Of a stretch of 64,000 nt of DNA, positions 32,189-42,849 are shown piece by piece (the stretch's first letter is position 1; every line of letters starts with the position of its first letter). The DNA is taken from the NCBI GenBank assembly GCA_963805855.1, contig CAWDVW010000002.1, positions 512,001 through 576,000 of the forward strand, in the 5' to 3' direction. Source of the stretch: Candidatus Dadabacteria bacterium. GTDB lineage: Bacteria > Desulfobacterota_D > UBA1144 > Nemesobacterales > CSP1-2. The notes beneath the pieces are model-generated. The model was not told the DNA's origin and searched no databases. It saw nothing but the letters and a program-made list of their open reading frames with translations. A program made the position numbers and the translations under genes.

Positions 32189-32758
32189 TTACTTTGGGCT
32201 TATCTCATACCAGATGGCTGAAATATATCCGGCGGCATCCGGCTTATTGATCTCTTTCACAATTGTAGGTTCACCACCTGTGCATTTCCACTCATAGATC
32301 GTTGAGCGCCCTGAAGCATACGCAGGTATGAAGTCAGAATCCGGATTCGATTTGCACCATTCCTTCATTCCTTGATTGGGTTCACGTGACGTATCTGCCT
32401 TTTCAGTGCACGGCAGATTTGCCCCAACGTTGCAGGCATATACCCTCCCATCCATGCAGCGCCAGTAAGTGCCTCTTTCGAACACGTCTGACGGAGCGCC
32501 CTCAGGTGTCCCAAAAGCCTTCTTTAACCCGACTACGATCGCCTCAGGCATCTTCGGCCCGACATACCTTGAATCAGGCGAGTCAATTGTACCAACCACC
32601 TTGCAGTAGGCAAAAGGATTTTTATACGTGGCCTCTTCCTCAGAACCTGATTTCGAGACATTAGATTCATCATCCCCCTTCTCGCCTTTGCATGATAATT
32701 GGATGAACGATATGAGCACAAGTGAAGCAATAATTACAATAGCACCTTTGGTAATCAT
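32189..32758 (-). CDS. Cys-rich hypothetical lipoprotein
   Basis: LSC lipobox, WRCMDGRVYACNVGANLPC and FIPAY..GR.TIYEWKC. Confidence 0.7.
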   Translation of the reverse strand: MITKGAIVIIASLVLISFIQLSCKGEKGDDESNVSKSGSEEEATYKNPFAYCKVVGTIDSPDSRYVGPKMPEAIVVGLKKAFGTPEGAPSDVFERGTYWRCMDGRVYACNVGANLPCTEKADTSREPNQGMKEWCKSNPDSDFIPAYASGRSTIYEWKCTGGEPTIVKEINKPDAAGYISAIWYEISPK

Positions 32759-32985
32759 ATTATCTCCTCGTTATAAAGTTTGAGTAGGCTATTCGTCATA
32801 TAATAGCATTAACTATCTCATTTTAAAATGAAACATGTTTGGCCAAACCTACCGAAATGTCTGCGAATAAAGGACACCGATATCATAATTCACCCTTGGA
32901 CCTTTTAAACGATTGTTGCTTGTACAGAAGAAGTCATTAAAATAAAGGTCGCGTTAAAGTCAACATAACTAGACCCTTTCGCCCT

Positions 32986-34149
32986 ATGATGCCGCTTCTA
33001 TTGATCGTCAGTGTTTTAACAATACTTCTGACTATATTCTTGCTAAAACTACTCCAAATAATTAGATACCACGATGAAATACCCCATGTGGAAAGTTTAG
33101 ATGGGAATGCACCAATGGTATCCATTATCGTTCCCATGAGAAATGAAGAAAGGAATGCAAGGCAATGTATTGAGACCCTTATGTCTCAAAAATATCGAAA
33201 TTTTGAGGTAATTGTTGTAGACGATAGATCGGAGGACAACACACTCACAATACTCAAGGAGTTCGCCTCGAAACACAGCGACTTTAAGCTCATTGAGGGT
33301 GCGCCAACCCCGGAGGGATGGATCGGGAAAAACCACGCACTCTGGCAGGGCGTGAGAGAAGCAAAGGGCGACTGGATCCTTTTTGTTGATGCAGACACGA
33401 TTTCCGAGGACTACATGCTTCCCTCGACAATCAAATTCGTAGAAGACAACGGTGTAGACATGCTTTCACTCTCCCCTTTTCAGATATTGGAAACATTCTG
33501 GGAACGAGTGGTCCAGCCTGTTATTTTCTCCTCCCTCTACTATGCTTTTCCGCAGAAGAAGATAAATGATCCCAAGAGTAAGTTAGCGGCGGCAATCGGT
33601 CAATTTATATTGATAAAGCGATCGGTGTATGGGGACACCGGCGGACACTCTTCCATAAAAAATAAGATTGTCGAGGACTTTGCCCTGGCAAAACTCGTAA
33701 AAGGTTCCGGTTATCGGCTATGCGTGATGAGAGGTATAAACCTCATTAGAACCCGAATGTACACAAATTTTAACGAACTCTGGGAGGGATGGACAAAAAA
33801 TCTCTTCTTCGGACTAAACAAGAGATGGAGAAATCTTATATTTCTTGTATCTGTTCTACTTTCCTGGGGCATCATTCCTCCCGTCCTCTTTATCTGGTCC
33901 ATATTCATCACAGTTTGGGGACAATCGTTATCATTTGTCCATCTGGCAATCGCTTTTGAAAGCACCTTTTTACTGGCCTTAGTCATATACACAGCCTGGC
34001 AGACTAACCGGCTCTTTTCTATCCCCTGGTTTTACTCTCTAACCGTTCCATTGGGTGCGGCGGTATACGTAGGAATGCTACTGTGTTCCGCCTACAAGGT
34101 GGCGAGTGGCGAAGGAGTTTCCTGGAAAGAGCGGGTATACAGGCTCTAA
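32986..34149 (+). CDS. Family 2 glycosyltransferase (HpnB/CrtQ-like)
   Basis: IVPMRNEE, DDRSED, GWIGK, FVDAD, VEDFALA and RMY...WEGWTKN, with C-terminal TM helices. Confidence 0.85.
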   Translation: MMPLLLIVSVLTILLTIFLLKLLQIIRYHDEIPHVESLDGNAPMVSIIVPMRNEERNARQCIETLMSQKYRNFEVIVVDDRSEDNTLTILKEFASKHSDFKLIEGAPTPEGWIGKNHALWQGVREAKGDWILFVDADTISEDYMLPSTIKFVEDNGVDMLSLSPFQILETFWERVVQPVIFSSLYYAFPQKKINDPKSKLAAAIGQFILIKRSVYGDTGGHSSIKNKIVEDFALAKLVKGSGYRLCVMRGINLIRTRMYTNFNELWEGWTKNLFFGLNKRWRNLIFLVSVLLSWGIIPPVLFIWSIFITVWGQSLSFVHLAIAFESTFLLALVIYTAWQTNRLFSIPWFYSLTVPLGAAVYVGMLLCSAYKVASGEGVSWKERVYRL

Positions 34150-34597
34150 ATAAAATTACTACGATTTCATGAGAGTTTTGTGCTCATAAGTCCTTTTCAA
34201 ATTGAAAAGGACTTAAATGGCATTCCAAACACGATGCAGGATCCAAGATGCACGATTCATGATGCAGGCGAATCAATTTATCCGTTCGCACTGAGTCTAT
34301 CGAAGTGTGAACACCTTGAGTATTCTTTAAATGTAGTGGCGATCTTCCTTCGACACGCCGGACTCAGACTGGTGGCTACCCGTATTAAATGAGCGATAAT
34401 ATCACTGGGTAGGTCACGAGTCCCTTCGGTGTTGCTCAGGGCAGGCTTGCTCGTGACATTCGGCAGCGTTCTGACCTGACTTGCTCTCCGGAGTTCTCTC
34501 CCCTTTAGATGAAGCGGGACGTGGGCGGAGTCTGTTCTAAGAAGCTTCGCCAGAATATAACTAGGAATAATGGTAATCTCTTTCCCACGGTTGTATA

Positions 34598-35713
34598 ATG
34601 GAACAAAAGCCTTCAACCATGAAAAAGCTCCTCGAGTTAATAACACCGGCAAAGAAGCTACATACCGTGATATTCTTCGTCACTTCACGCTGTAATGCCC
34701 GCTGCAGGACCTGTTTCTACTGGGAGGAGCTGAATCAGAAAGGTGACCTGACATTCGAAGAGATAGAAAGATTGTCGGAAACAATGCCCCCGTTTCAGGA
34801 CCTCTTGCTCAGCGGTGGCGAGCCGTCACTTAGAAAGGAACTCCCTGAGATAGTAAATCTGTTTTACAAAAATAATGGGATAGGAAGGATATACTTCCCA
34901 ACGAACGGGCTTAAGCCGGAACGCATGAGAGACCTTACTGAGAGAATCCTGGAAGAAAATGGGCATCTTGAGATCTATCTCAACAATTCGATCGACGGCC
35001 TTCCTGAAACAAACGACAGGATCCGAAGCGTCCCGGGAAACTTCAAGAAATCCCTTGAGACGATAAAACTCCTCAGGACCTTGAAGCCGACATTCGGCCA
35101 CAGGCTTCAGATAAATGTTAATTCCGTGATCTGCGCAGAAAATTACCGCGAGCTAGCTGATCTTGGCGTATATTTCTTAGAAAATGAAAGGCTCGACTAT
35201 CACTTCTTTCAGATAATACGCGGTGATCCCCTCGATAAGACCCTGAAATTAGTCCCTGCAGATGAACTCAGAAATCTCTACAGAGATATAACAGAAATTC
35301 AGCACATATATTCCGAAAGACAGGCCGAGGATCGTGGAAGGGCAGAAGGGTTCATAAGAAAATCAGTGTATAAAGGAATTTTTAATTTTCATCACCAGAC
35401 CCAGTTTAATAACTACACAAATAATACTCACTGGCCCATGCCCTGCACCGCCGCCGAGACGGCGATGGTCATCGATTATGATGGAAATATAAGGGCCTGT
35501 GAATTGCGCGGGTCTTTAGGGAACCTAAGGGATTATGAGTGTGATTTTGAGGCATTCTGGAATTCAAAAATTAGAGAGCATGAAATTAGCTCCATCGCAG
35601 AGGATAAATGCTTCTGCACACATATTTGTTTCTTACACGACAGCATGAGGTTTTCTAATCGGGTAAGGTTCTGGGAGCTTCCAAAAAGCTACCTTACAAG
35701 ACACACCTGGTGA
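34598..35713 (+). CDS. Radical SAM/SPASM domain protein
   Basis: CNARCRTC, SGGEP, and C-terminal C...CE...CFCTHIC. Confidence 0.85.
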   Translation: MEQKPSTMKKLLELITPAKKLHTVIFFVTSRCNARCRTCFYWEELNQKGDLTFEEIERLSETMPPFQDLLLSGGEPSLRKELPEIVNLFYKNNGIGRIYFPTNGLKPERMRDLTERILEENGHLEIYLNNSIDGLPETNDRIRSVPGNFKKSLETIKLLRTLKPTFGHRLQINVNSVICAENYRELADLGVYFLENERLDYHFFQIIRGDPLDKTLKLVPADELRNLYRDITEIQHIYSERQAEDRGRAEGFIRKSVYKGIFNFHHQTQFNNYTNNTHWPMPCTAAETAMVIDYDGNIRACELRGSLGNLRDYECDFEAFWNSKIREHEISSIAEDKCFCTHICFLHDSMRFSNRVRFWELPKSYLTRHTW

Positions 35714-35785
35714 TTCTCCTAGATCGACGGAGAATAGATGCCTAAAGTCCATCACCAAATATTATTTGAGCCCTTTATAGGGTTT

Positions 35786-35890
35786 TGTCATTCCCGCGGA
35801 TTACCCGACAAAGGCATTCGAGTACAAGCGTAAGGGGGAATCCAGCTCGAATCTGATTTGGATCTCCGCTCAAGGCACGTCAGGATCACA
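35786..35890. repeat. TGTCATTCCCGCG-type palindromic element (degenerate)
   Basis: TGTCATTCCCGCG...GGGAATCCAG...TGGATCTCCGC. Related to 37159-37252. Confidence 0.55.
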
Positions 35891-36006
35891 TTGACAAGGA
35901 ACATAGAGCACTACATTCCTTAGATACAAAAGATATAATCTTAATTTGGTGTCGGTTCCGAAAATGGGCATTATGGACTCATGAAGGCGTCAGTCCTTAC
36001 ATCGAA

Positions 36007-36031
36007 GCGGGGTTGGAAAACCCCGCCTATC
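36007..36031 (-). repeat. Single GATAG-type REP
   Basis: Reverse complement GATAGGCGGGGTTTTCCAACCCCGC, 17 nt after the mutarotase stop. Confidence 0.75.
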
Positions 36032-36048
36032 TTGATTCATGGACGCGA

Positions 36049-36957
36049 TTACTCAGGCTCGATACTAATGTTTGCTCTTAGAATATGCTCCGAACTAGGC
36101 GCCACTGTTATTAGATCTTCTCCTGCATTTGTGGTTTCAACGCACACAAACCTCCTATAATCCTGATCTCCCAGATCCTTCATTTGACGGGCTTTAGCAA
36201 GCCAGGGATTCCAGATTACCGTCGATTTGCTTCCCCCTTTCTTGATTCTTATGTTCCTCTTGAAACCCGGATCATGAACGACGCAATCATTCGCAGCATC
36301 AAGATAGATTCGGTCGGTCTCTTCCATTATCTCGACTCGCCCTTCTTGATACTTCTCTTTAAAACTATCCACCTTATCTATGTAATTACAGCCCTCGAGA
36401 CCCTGAACGTAAATCTTATCGATTTCGCTAACGTGATAGTATGAGTGAAAAGCCTGACTGATCGTAAAATCTTCCTCTCCGGTATTCCTAGCAATCATAT
36501 CCAGATGTAACTCATTTCTAACCGTCATTATAAATTCCAGATCAAACGCATGGGGCCATAGCGACCGCGTATACTGACTATCACTTAACCCAAGGCTAAT
36601 CCTTGATGCTTCTCCCTCAACTTCTGTGCCCCTAACATTCCAATTAGATATGCGTGCGAAGCCATGGGCTGGTTTACCTTTCTCTGTAGGGTGATCTGCA
36701 AACCACGGCCAGCTTATGGGGATGCCACCACGTATTGCTATGCCAGGCTCGAATCGAGAAAGTCCGCTAAGAAATAAAACTTCCTCCCGACCCTTAGGTT
36801 TAAACGAGGTGACATGCGCGCCGTGCAGAAACACTGTCGCAGCAGCATGTCCACTATTTATCTCGGCCATAGTCGAACCACCAGGCCCGCCTTTAAATGC
36901 AATTTTGCCCGGAATCCCAAATCGCTTATTAAGATCGTCTATCGAATCCATTTCCAT
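36049..36957 (-). CDS. D-hexose-6-phosphate mutarotase (YeaD/aldose 1-epimerase family)
   Basis: AIRGGIP, HGFAR, HSYY, DRIY, WNPW and FVCVE. Confidence 0.9.
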   Translation of the reverse strand: MEMDSIDDLNKRFGIPGKIAFKGGPGGSTMAEINSGHAAATVFLHGAHVTSFKPKGREEVLFLSGLSRFEPGIAIRGGIPISWPWFADHPTEKGKPAHGFARISNWNVRGTEVEGEASRISLGLSDSQYTRSLWPHAFDLEFIMTVRNELHLDMIARNTGEEDFTISQAFHSYYHVSEIDKIYVQGLEGCNYIDKVDSFKEKYQEGRVEIMEETDRIYLDAANDCVVHDPGFKRNIRIKKGGSKSTVIWNPWLAKARQMKDLGDQDYRRFVCVETTNAGEDLITVAPSSEHILRANISIEPE

Positions 36958-37158
36958 CTATTATATTCGAAAATTGGATTAATACTGTTACCGGCTCATA
37001 GGTTCAAACAGTTTTTATATAGCAACATACAACACTGCAGCAAGCTGAGGTGAATTCGCGAGTTGAATCGGCATTCCAAAAATTGCGTTTAGAAAATCAA
37101 AAACAAGACGTGAAAAAAAATTTGCGGGTTGTGGTTGAATTAAATTCTATTGTTGTTC

Positions 37159-37252
37159 TGTCATCCCCGAAATCAGTAATCGGGGATCCATTCCCGCCAC
37201 AAACGTGCGGGGACAGGATATGGATTCCCGCTAACAATCCGCGGGAATGACA
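37159..37252. repeat. TGTCAT...ATGACA-bounded palindromic element
   Basis: TGTCATCCCCG...CGGGGATCCA and TGGATTCCCGC...GCGGGAATGACA. Confidence 0.65.
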
Positions 37253-37495
37253 AGATACAAGGTATAAGATTGCTTCAATCTCGGAGTCTATCGTTCGCCT
37301 GAGCTCACGATCATATCCTGAGTGCATCGAGGGGCAAATTTTGCAAGGAATTGAGGATTGGGTGCCGTCGCGCCTCTAGCGGAAACCCTGTAGCTACCGG
37401 AAATTATCAAGCCAAGTCGCCTAATCCGCGATTCGAAGTAGACAGAATCAACCATATGTAGTTAAAATAAACTCGTTCCAAGGAGTATAATCGTA

Positions 37496-38497
37496 ATGTA
37501 TGTACAAAAGGGAAAGGTCAGGATGCCCGATCTCAATAGCGCTAAGTGGATAAATTCAAGGGAGATTGCCAAGGAAGACCTGGCAGGAAGGGTGGTACTG
37601 ATAGATTTCTGGGATTATACATGTGTCAATTGCATTAGGACACTTCCATACATCAGAGAATGGTATAGAAGATACCATGATAAAGGGCTGGAGATTATTG
37701 GTGTGCACGCCCCTGAATTTACATTTTCAAAGACCGAGGGGAATGTAAGAAAGGGCATAGAGGAGTTTGAAATTAAGTACCCTGTCGTCATGGATAACGA
37801 TTACAAGATCTGGCAGGCGTTCGCCAACCGTTACTGGCCTTCAAAGTATCTCATCGATAAGAACGGCTATTTCCGGTATGCACACTTCGGTGAGGGGAAT
37901 TATATCGAAACAGAGCTTGCAATACAGCTTCTCCTTAAAGAGATCGATCCTGATGTCGATCTTCCGGATCCTATGAAGCCGGTGCGAGATATGGACACCC
38001 CGGGTGTTCACTGCTACAGGGTCAGCCCTGAACTATATTTTGGTCACAGCCGCGGAAAACTCGGAAATACAGAAGAAGTGGAAAAAGACAAAGCGCAGGA
38101 ATTTAAAAAGCCGGACATAACACAGGAAGATACAATATACGTTGAAGGCAGATGGATTAGTTCCCCTGAATATATGGCACCTGCCCTAAATGATTCGTCG
38201 AAGAAGGCTCACGTATATTTAAAATACACCTCTTCGGAGGTAAACCTCGTGATCAATCCCGAAAAGGAAAAGGACTTCAAGGTTGTTATTATGCAAGATA
38301 ATAACTATCTCGATCGCGAGGATGCCGGTGACGACGTGGAGTTTGAATCCAATGGCGAAAGCTATATCGTTGTGCGTGATCCAAAAATGTATAACCTGAT
38401 AAAAAATAAAGACGTCGGGTCACATCTCCTTCAGCTTTCAACCAATTCCAATGGATTTTCAGCTTATGCGTTTACATTCATAAGCTGTGTGATCTGA
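37496..38497 (+). CDS. DipZ-like thioredoxin/redoxin domain protein
   Basis: DFWDYTCVNC, GVHAPEF, NRYWP, FGEGNY and AYAFTF. Confidence 0.85.
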   Translation: MYVQKGKVRMPDLNSAKWINSREIAKEDLAGRVVLIDFWDYTCVNCIRTLPYIREWYRRYHDKGLEIIGVHAPEFTFSKTEGNVRKGIEEFEIKYPVVMDNDYKIWQAFANRYWPSKYLIDKNGYFRYAHFGEGNYIETELAIQLLLKEIDPDVDLPDPMKPVRDMDTPGVHCYRVSPELYFGHSRGKLGNTEEVEKDKAQEFKKPDITQEDTIYVEGRWISSPEYMAPALNDSSKKAHVYLKYTSSEVNLVINPEKEKDFKVVIMQDNNYLDREDAGDDVEFESNGESYIVVRDPKMYNLIKNKDVGSHLLQLSTNSNGFSAYAFTFISCVI

Positions 38498-38514
38498 GGA
38501 ACGCCCTTGCGCAT

Positions 38515-38923
38515 TCATTCTACGACTGGAATAGCCCCCAATACTTCCAGAGCCCCTGCATATATCCGGCCCGGGGGTTTGTCCAAATGTGATCCCGTCC
38601 TTCAGATAAGTCTTCTTGCTTCGAGGAGGCACCGTGACTGGTAGAACGCCCACACCCTCCGAAATCTGTCTACCATAGTATCTAGAAGACGTGGAATAAT
38701 ATCTCAGTCTGATCAACACATCCTTATAAGTTACATCACTTGTATTCTCAATAGTAACGCTTTTTATGATTCCTACCCCGAAAGTTGAATAGAACGACCA
38801 GTCGGAAATGTTGATGTACCATTCCGGATTATCTACCATGGGTTTTAACTTTACCTGATCGTCTGCCCTGACAACTGAAACAATCGTTAAAAGAACGAGC
38901 AAGGTATTTAATTTTACACTCAC
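38515..38923 (-). CDS. Secreted hypothetical protein, probable +1 frameshift near 38571
   Basis: Signal peptide and IENTSDVTYKD. Removing one base gives ...PGRIYAGALEVLGAIPVVE* ending at 38515 and removes the overlap with the convergent gene. Confidence 0.55.
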
Positions 38924-39085
38924 GATTTGCCAATGAATTATCTGTCCTCAAAAATGTATCGAGAATTCGCTCTAAACACAATGGTCAGTAATACTGTATG
39001 CTACCTCGAAACATCTAACAAACGATGTCCTATATATCTTAAGCAAGTTTGTTAGACTCGAGCAATTTTGGAATAAATAAAGAAG

Positions 39086-39562
39086 ATGCGACAGGTATTC
39101 GCCATTAAAACTCTATTTCTGATAGTGTTTGTTTCTTCTCTCGCTTGCGCTAGCAGGCCCGTGGAGGAGAACCATTTTGAAATTGTCAAAAGTGCTAAAG
39201 CAGATGAAAAGAGCTATGGTATATGGTATTTCGTAACAAAGGTGGAAAAGGATAGAAAATTCAGGGTGTACGTCGCGAAAGAGAGCATTTCGATAGAGAA
39301 TGATGAAAGGCGATCGTGGAGCAAGCTCCTATTTGATCAGGATCAAACTGATGAGGACGGTATCAAATACAAAGAGGTTTTTATCCATTCAACCGTGAAT
39401 TGCGCTAACAGAACATATTCATATAAGTCAGCCCGCTTCTATAACTCGCTGGGTGAGTTAGTTTCCAGTGAAAACATTTCTCAAGCACCTGCGCCCATAA
39501 TAGCTGATACCGTCAGCGATCACGTCGCAAGATTTGTTTGTGCTTATTCAAAAGACGAATGA
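39086..39562 (+). CDS. Hypothetical lipoprotein (surface-adhesin-E-like)
   Basis: LAC lipobox and a VNC...FYNSLGELV...FVC pattern. Confidence 0.6.
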   Translation: MRQVFAIKTLFLIVFVSSLACASRPVEENHFEIVKSAKADEKSYGIWYFVTKVEKDRKFRVYVAKESISIENDERRSWSKLLFDQDQTDEDGIKYKEVFIHSTVNCANRTYSYKSARFYNSLGELVSSENISQAPAPIIADTVSDHVARFVCAYSKDE

Positions 39563-39578
39563 AGTTGCGGGGTGTTTA

Positions 39579-40211
39579 TCACAAATTCCTCCTAGGAATA
39601 CACAGTGGGGGATCGGGCCTCCATTTCTTGATCAACCCATCAGCCGCACTAGTTTGCTCCGGTGTCATTTCGGGATTGATTTTTTCGAGCAACTTCTTGG
39701 CCTGATTCTCTTCGCGAGGAGAACCCGACTCGCTTGCCAAGGCCAACCACTTATAGGCCATTACTAAATCCTTATTTACTCCACATCCTTGTCCACATTG
39801 AAATACCGAGTACGGTATCTCACCATGTGCATACATCACCCCTAGCGCATTTTGAGCCTGAGGCTGTCCCCGGTTAGCCGCCTTAGTCCACAACTCCCTC
39901 GCCTTTTCATAGCTATTACTGACAGCCCTCCCCTCAAAGTAGAGCAAACCAAAGCTGAATTCCGCATCGCAATCCCCATCCTTCGCAAGTGGTTCCCAGT
40001 ATTTACGTGCAATGTCATACTCACCATACTCGTACCATCGAAGGCCGATTATGTATGGGTCTTTTTCCGTAAAATCTCGCACCGGATTCGGCAGCTGGCT
40101 CTTTATCTGTTTCATATCCTGGCACGCCGCGAAAAAAATAATCACAACGATAATAAAAAACTCGACGACATGAACATTTAAGGTTTTCACATCAAGAATT
40201 AACTGAGCCAA
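39579..40211 (-). CDS. Sel1-repeat lipoprotein
   Basis: AEFSFGLLYFEG, AQNALGVMYAHG and AYKWL Sel1 repeats. Start uncertain. Confidence 0.8.
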   Translation of the reverse strand: MAQLILDVKTLNVHVVEFFIIVVIIFFAACQDMKQIKSQLPNPVRDFTEKDPYIIGLRWYEYGEYDIARKYWEPLAKDGDCDAEFSFGLLYFEGRAVSNSYEKARELWTKAANRGQPQAQNALGVMYAHGEIPYSVFQCGQGCGVNKDLVMAYKWLALASESGSPREENQAKKLLEKINPEMTPEQTSAADGLIKKWRPDPPLCIPRRNL

Positions 40212-40331
40212 ACAAGGATTTACAGGTTTTGTTATCTGCCAGTCCGCGAGTTCAAAGATCCAAGGGCCTTAGAGAATCCTTCGATCAACCCTGCCTGAAT
40301 CAATGCGGACAAAGTCGTCACTTTTTTTCAT

Positions 40332-41162
40332 TTACGTCAGAATCATACCCTTCTGCTTTGTTGCATCCGCTTCCAGCTCCGGTATCTGCAAATAATTATT
40401 ATGTCTTAAGGATTGACGAACACGACTCAAAAGCTCTTTTCTGCTGATACGTCCCCCTGTGTCTCTCATGTGCATGCAGAAATTATAAGTGAATGCTCCA
40501 TTATACGCTCCGTTGATATACGCATCCGCAGATGTCTGGTTATCTTTACAACCAGCCCATAGCACCTGATGTTCTGTACTCCTGCCCTTTGACTTAAAAC
40601 CCTTTGTGGGCTTCAACTCTTCTTCCTCACCTTCCACGCGACACTCTATGTCTACAGGCGGGGGCAGGTACCTCGCTAATGTGGGATGTTCAGGACCGAG
40701 CTCGGGAGGCTGTCCGAGACTGTTTTCCCGTAATCCAGTGCCTGAATGGCAGGAATCAAGAAACACCTCTAATAGGACATTTTTGGGTAGTTTTTTAAAA
40801 ATAGCATTCAGATCGTCGTCAGTAATGTAGCATCCATCCCAATCCATGTCCCACGGGCAGATTAATTCGTCCATGTGGTCAAGAAGCTCATCCCCGTCCC
40901 TGTCGCGTATCTGAGAACCATGTCCCGAAAAATGAAATACAAGAAAGTCACCGGATTTCGCATTCTTTACCATCCACTTAAGCCTGTAAATAATGTTTTC
41001 CTTTGTCGCTCTGTCATCAACCAAAACACGAATATCCCTGTTGGAAAATCCCAAATATGTCTTGAGTATATTACGCATATTCGTGACATCGTTCAGGCAA
41101 CCGTTCAGATCATTAATTCCCTTATAATCATTTATACCGACCAATAGAGACCTCTTCGCCAT
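40332..41162 (-). CDS. Caspase-family (C14) metacaspase-like peptidase
   Basis: GINDY, LNGCLND, FHFSGHG (His), LDSCHSG (Cys), QTSAD and GAFT. Confidence 0.9.
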   Translation of the reverse strand: MAKRSLLVGINDYKGINDLNGCLNDVTNMRNILKTYLGFSNRDIRVLVDDRATKENIIYRLKWMVKNAKSGDFLVFHFSGHGSQIRDRDGDELLDHMDELICPWDMDWDGCYITDDDLNAIFKKLPKNVLLEVFLDSCHSGTGLRENSLGQPPELGPEHPTLARYLPPPVDIECRVEGEEEELKPTKGFKSKGRSTEHQVLWAGCKDNQTSADAYINGAYNGAFTYNFCMHMRDTGGRISRKELLSRVRQSLRHNNYLQIPELEADATKQKGMILT

Positions 41163-41698
41163 AACACGCCTCCTTTTGATTTAACGTATTTCGATTAATC
41201 CACAATATAAATTCAATCGATTTTAAATACAATACTTACGGCGAACAATTAAAAAAACAAATCTATATACATTAGACAAAATAAACTGCTAGATAATCAC
41301 AATAATTTTATAAGGCCCAAGTTTAAAGTGGGAGCCGGCTGACTTATTTTTATTATTAATCGTAGAGCTATTAACAAGGTTTCGTCTTGTAACCCCTCAT
41401 TTTGCCCCTGCCAGTCGAGTGACGAATGAGTAAATTTCGAGCAAATTTATTAATTCTTCGACTCTGTCCTCGGATTACGAGACATTTACAGTGACGACAG
41501 TTCATTCCGTCATTGATATCGGAAGCCCATGTAGCAAGTAACAGGGAATTCGCGAGTTAATTATGTAGTTGAAAATTCTATAATCTGATGAATATCTTTC
41601 AAAATACATTAACGAATTTCTGTTAGCCCCATTTGAATCACGATGACATTTCAACAATAATTACATGATCTGGATAAATTAGTTAGTTATGCAGACTT

Positions 41699-42799
41699 AT
41701 GCCCAAATTTAACAGAGTCACCAAATCAGAAGGTCTCGCTCTCAAAGAGGTATTCGACGCACTGCCCGACGGAATCATAGTCCTCGATAAGTCATTTTCA
41801 ATAGTGGATATAAACGATGCTGCGGAGAACATCTTTAACATCTCGAGAAAGAAGGCATATCAAAAATCCATCGCCACCTACCTTCCCGAAGAAATAGAAG
41901 AGACCGCAAAAAAAGCGCTGGCCGAAGAAAGGACGATTATGGTAGAGGAAATTAGCCCAGTAGTAAGAGGAGGGGAAAGAATCCTGATTCAGGCATCTGC
42001 CTCACCTATATTTTCTGAAGACGGAGAAATAAAGTGTCTAATCATTCAGGTAAGGGACCTGTCGGGATCGAACTTTCTTAGCAAGAGAAGCCGCCAGCAA
42101 GCATCGAGTTCCAATTTCGAAGGTTTTATTACCGGGCTCGCGCATGAGCTCAAGAATCCGTTGAGCGGGATCAGAGGAGCTGCGCAGATACTAGCGAGTG
42201 AGACAATGAATGAAGAAACTATTAAGTGCGCCGACATAATCATAAAAGAAGCCGACAGACTACGCGATCTTATTGACAAGTTCAAGCGCCTCGAACCCTT
42301 CGCGAAGGACGCCTTTGAGTTGGTAAACATCCATGAGCTCCTTTCAGACATCACATTTCTTGAATCTAAATCCAGTTCTAACCAGGAAATAAATTTTATT
42401 CAGAATTTCGATGTGGCCATACCGCCGATCCTGGGAGATGAAAACTCACTGAAGCAGGCTTTTTTAAACATAATAAAGAACGCAAAGGAAGCGAATCCTG
42501 AAAACGCCATCATAGAGATTTCCACAAGGTGGATCACCGACTACAAATTCAGGAACGAAAATGTCATCTTGGTGGAGATAAGAGATAATGGTGAAGGGAT
42601 ACCAAAGGAGAATCTGGAAAAAATCTTTTCCCCCTTTTATACTACTAAGAAAAAGGGATCTGGTCTTGGCCTGTTTCTTGCATACCAAATCATAGCAAAG
42701 CATGGAGGCGCAATATTTGTTGAGAGTGAGTTAAAGAAGGGAACCAGATTTCAAGTGCACCTCCCTTTTACCCAAGTGAAAACCTTAAATAAGAAATAA
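41699..42799 (+). CDS. ntrB: Nitrogen regulation sensor kinase NtrB-like
   Basis: PAS domain, LAHELKNPLSGIRGAAQ, DNGEG and GSGLGL. Near ntrC and glnB-glnA. Confidence 0.8.
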   Translation: MPKFNRVTKSEGLALKEVFDALPDGIIVLDKSFSIVDINDAAENIFNISRKKAYQKSIATYLPEEIEETAKKALAEERTIMVEEISPVVRGGERILIQASASPIFSEDGEIKCLIIQVRDLSGSNFLSKRSRQQASSSNFEGFITGLAHELKNPLSGIRGAAQILASETMNEETIKCADIIIKEADRLRDLIDKFKRLEPFAKDAFELVNIHELLSDITFLESKSSSNQEINFIQNFDVAIPPILGDENSLKQAFLNIIKNAKEANPENAIIEISTRWITDYKFRNENVILVEIRDNGEGIPKENLEKIFSPFYTTKKKGSGLGLFLAYQIIAKHGGAIFVESELKKGTRFQVHLPFTQVKTLNKK

Positions 42800-42849
42800 A
42801 AGACATTATCGTGATCCCCGATTGATTGAGTGGATTACGGACTGATGAG

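Noticed and set aside
34180-34652. Short ORFs between GT2 and the radical SAM gene (likewise 24712-25050, 37050-37327, 54089-54453)
   Set aside because: They largely translate intergenic repeat clusters.
26358-35713. Carotenoid/hopanoid gene cluster (desaturase-like, GT2, radical SAM)
   Set aside because: The genes are scattered among unrelated ones, and no synthase or cyclase is present.
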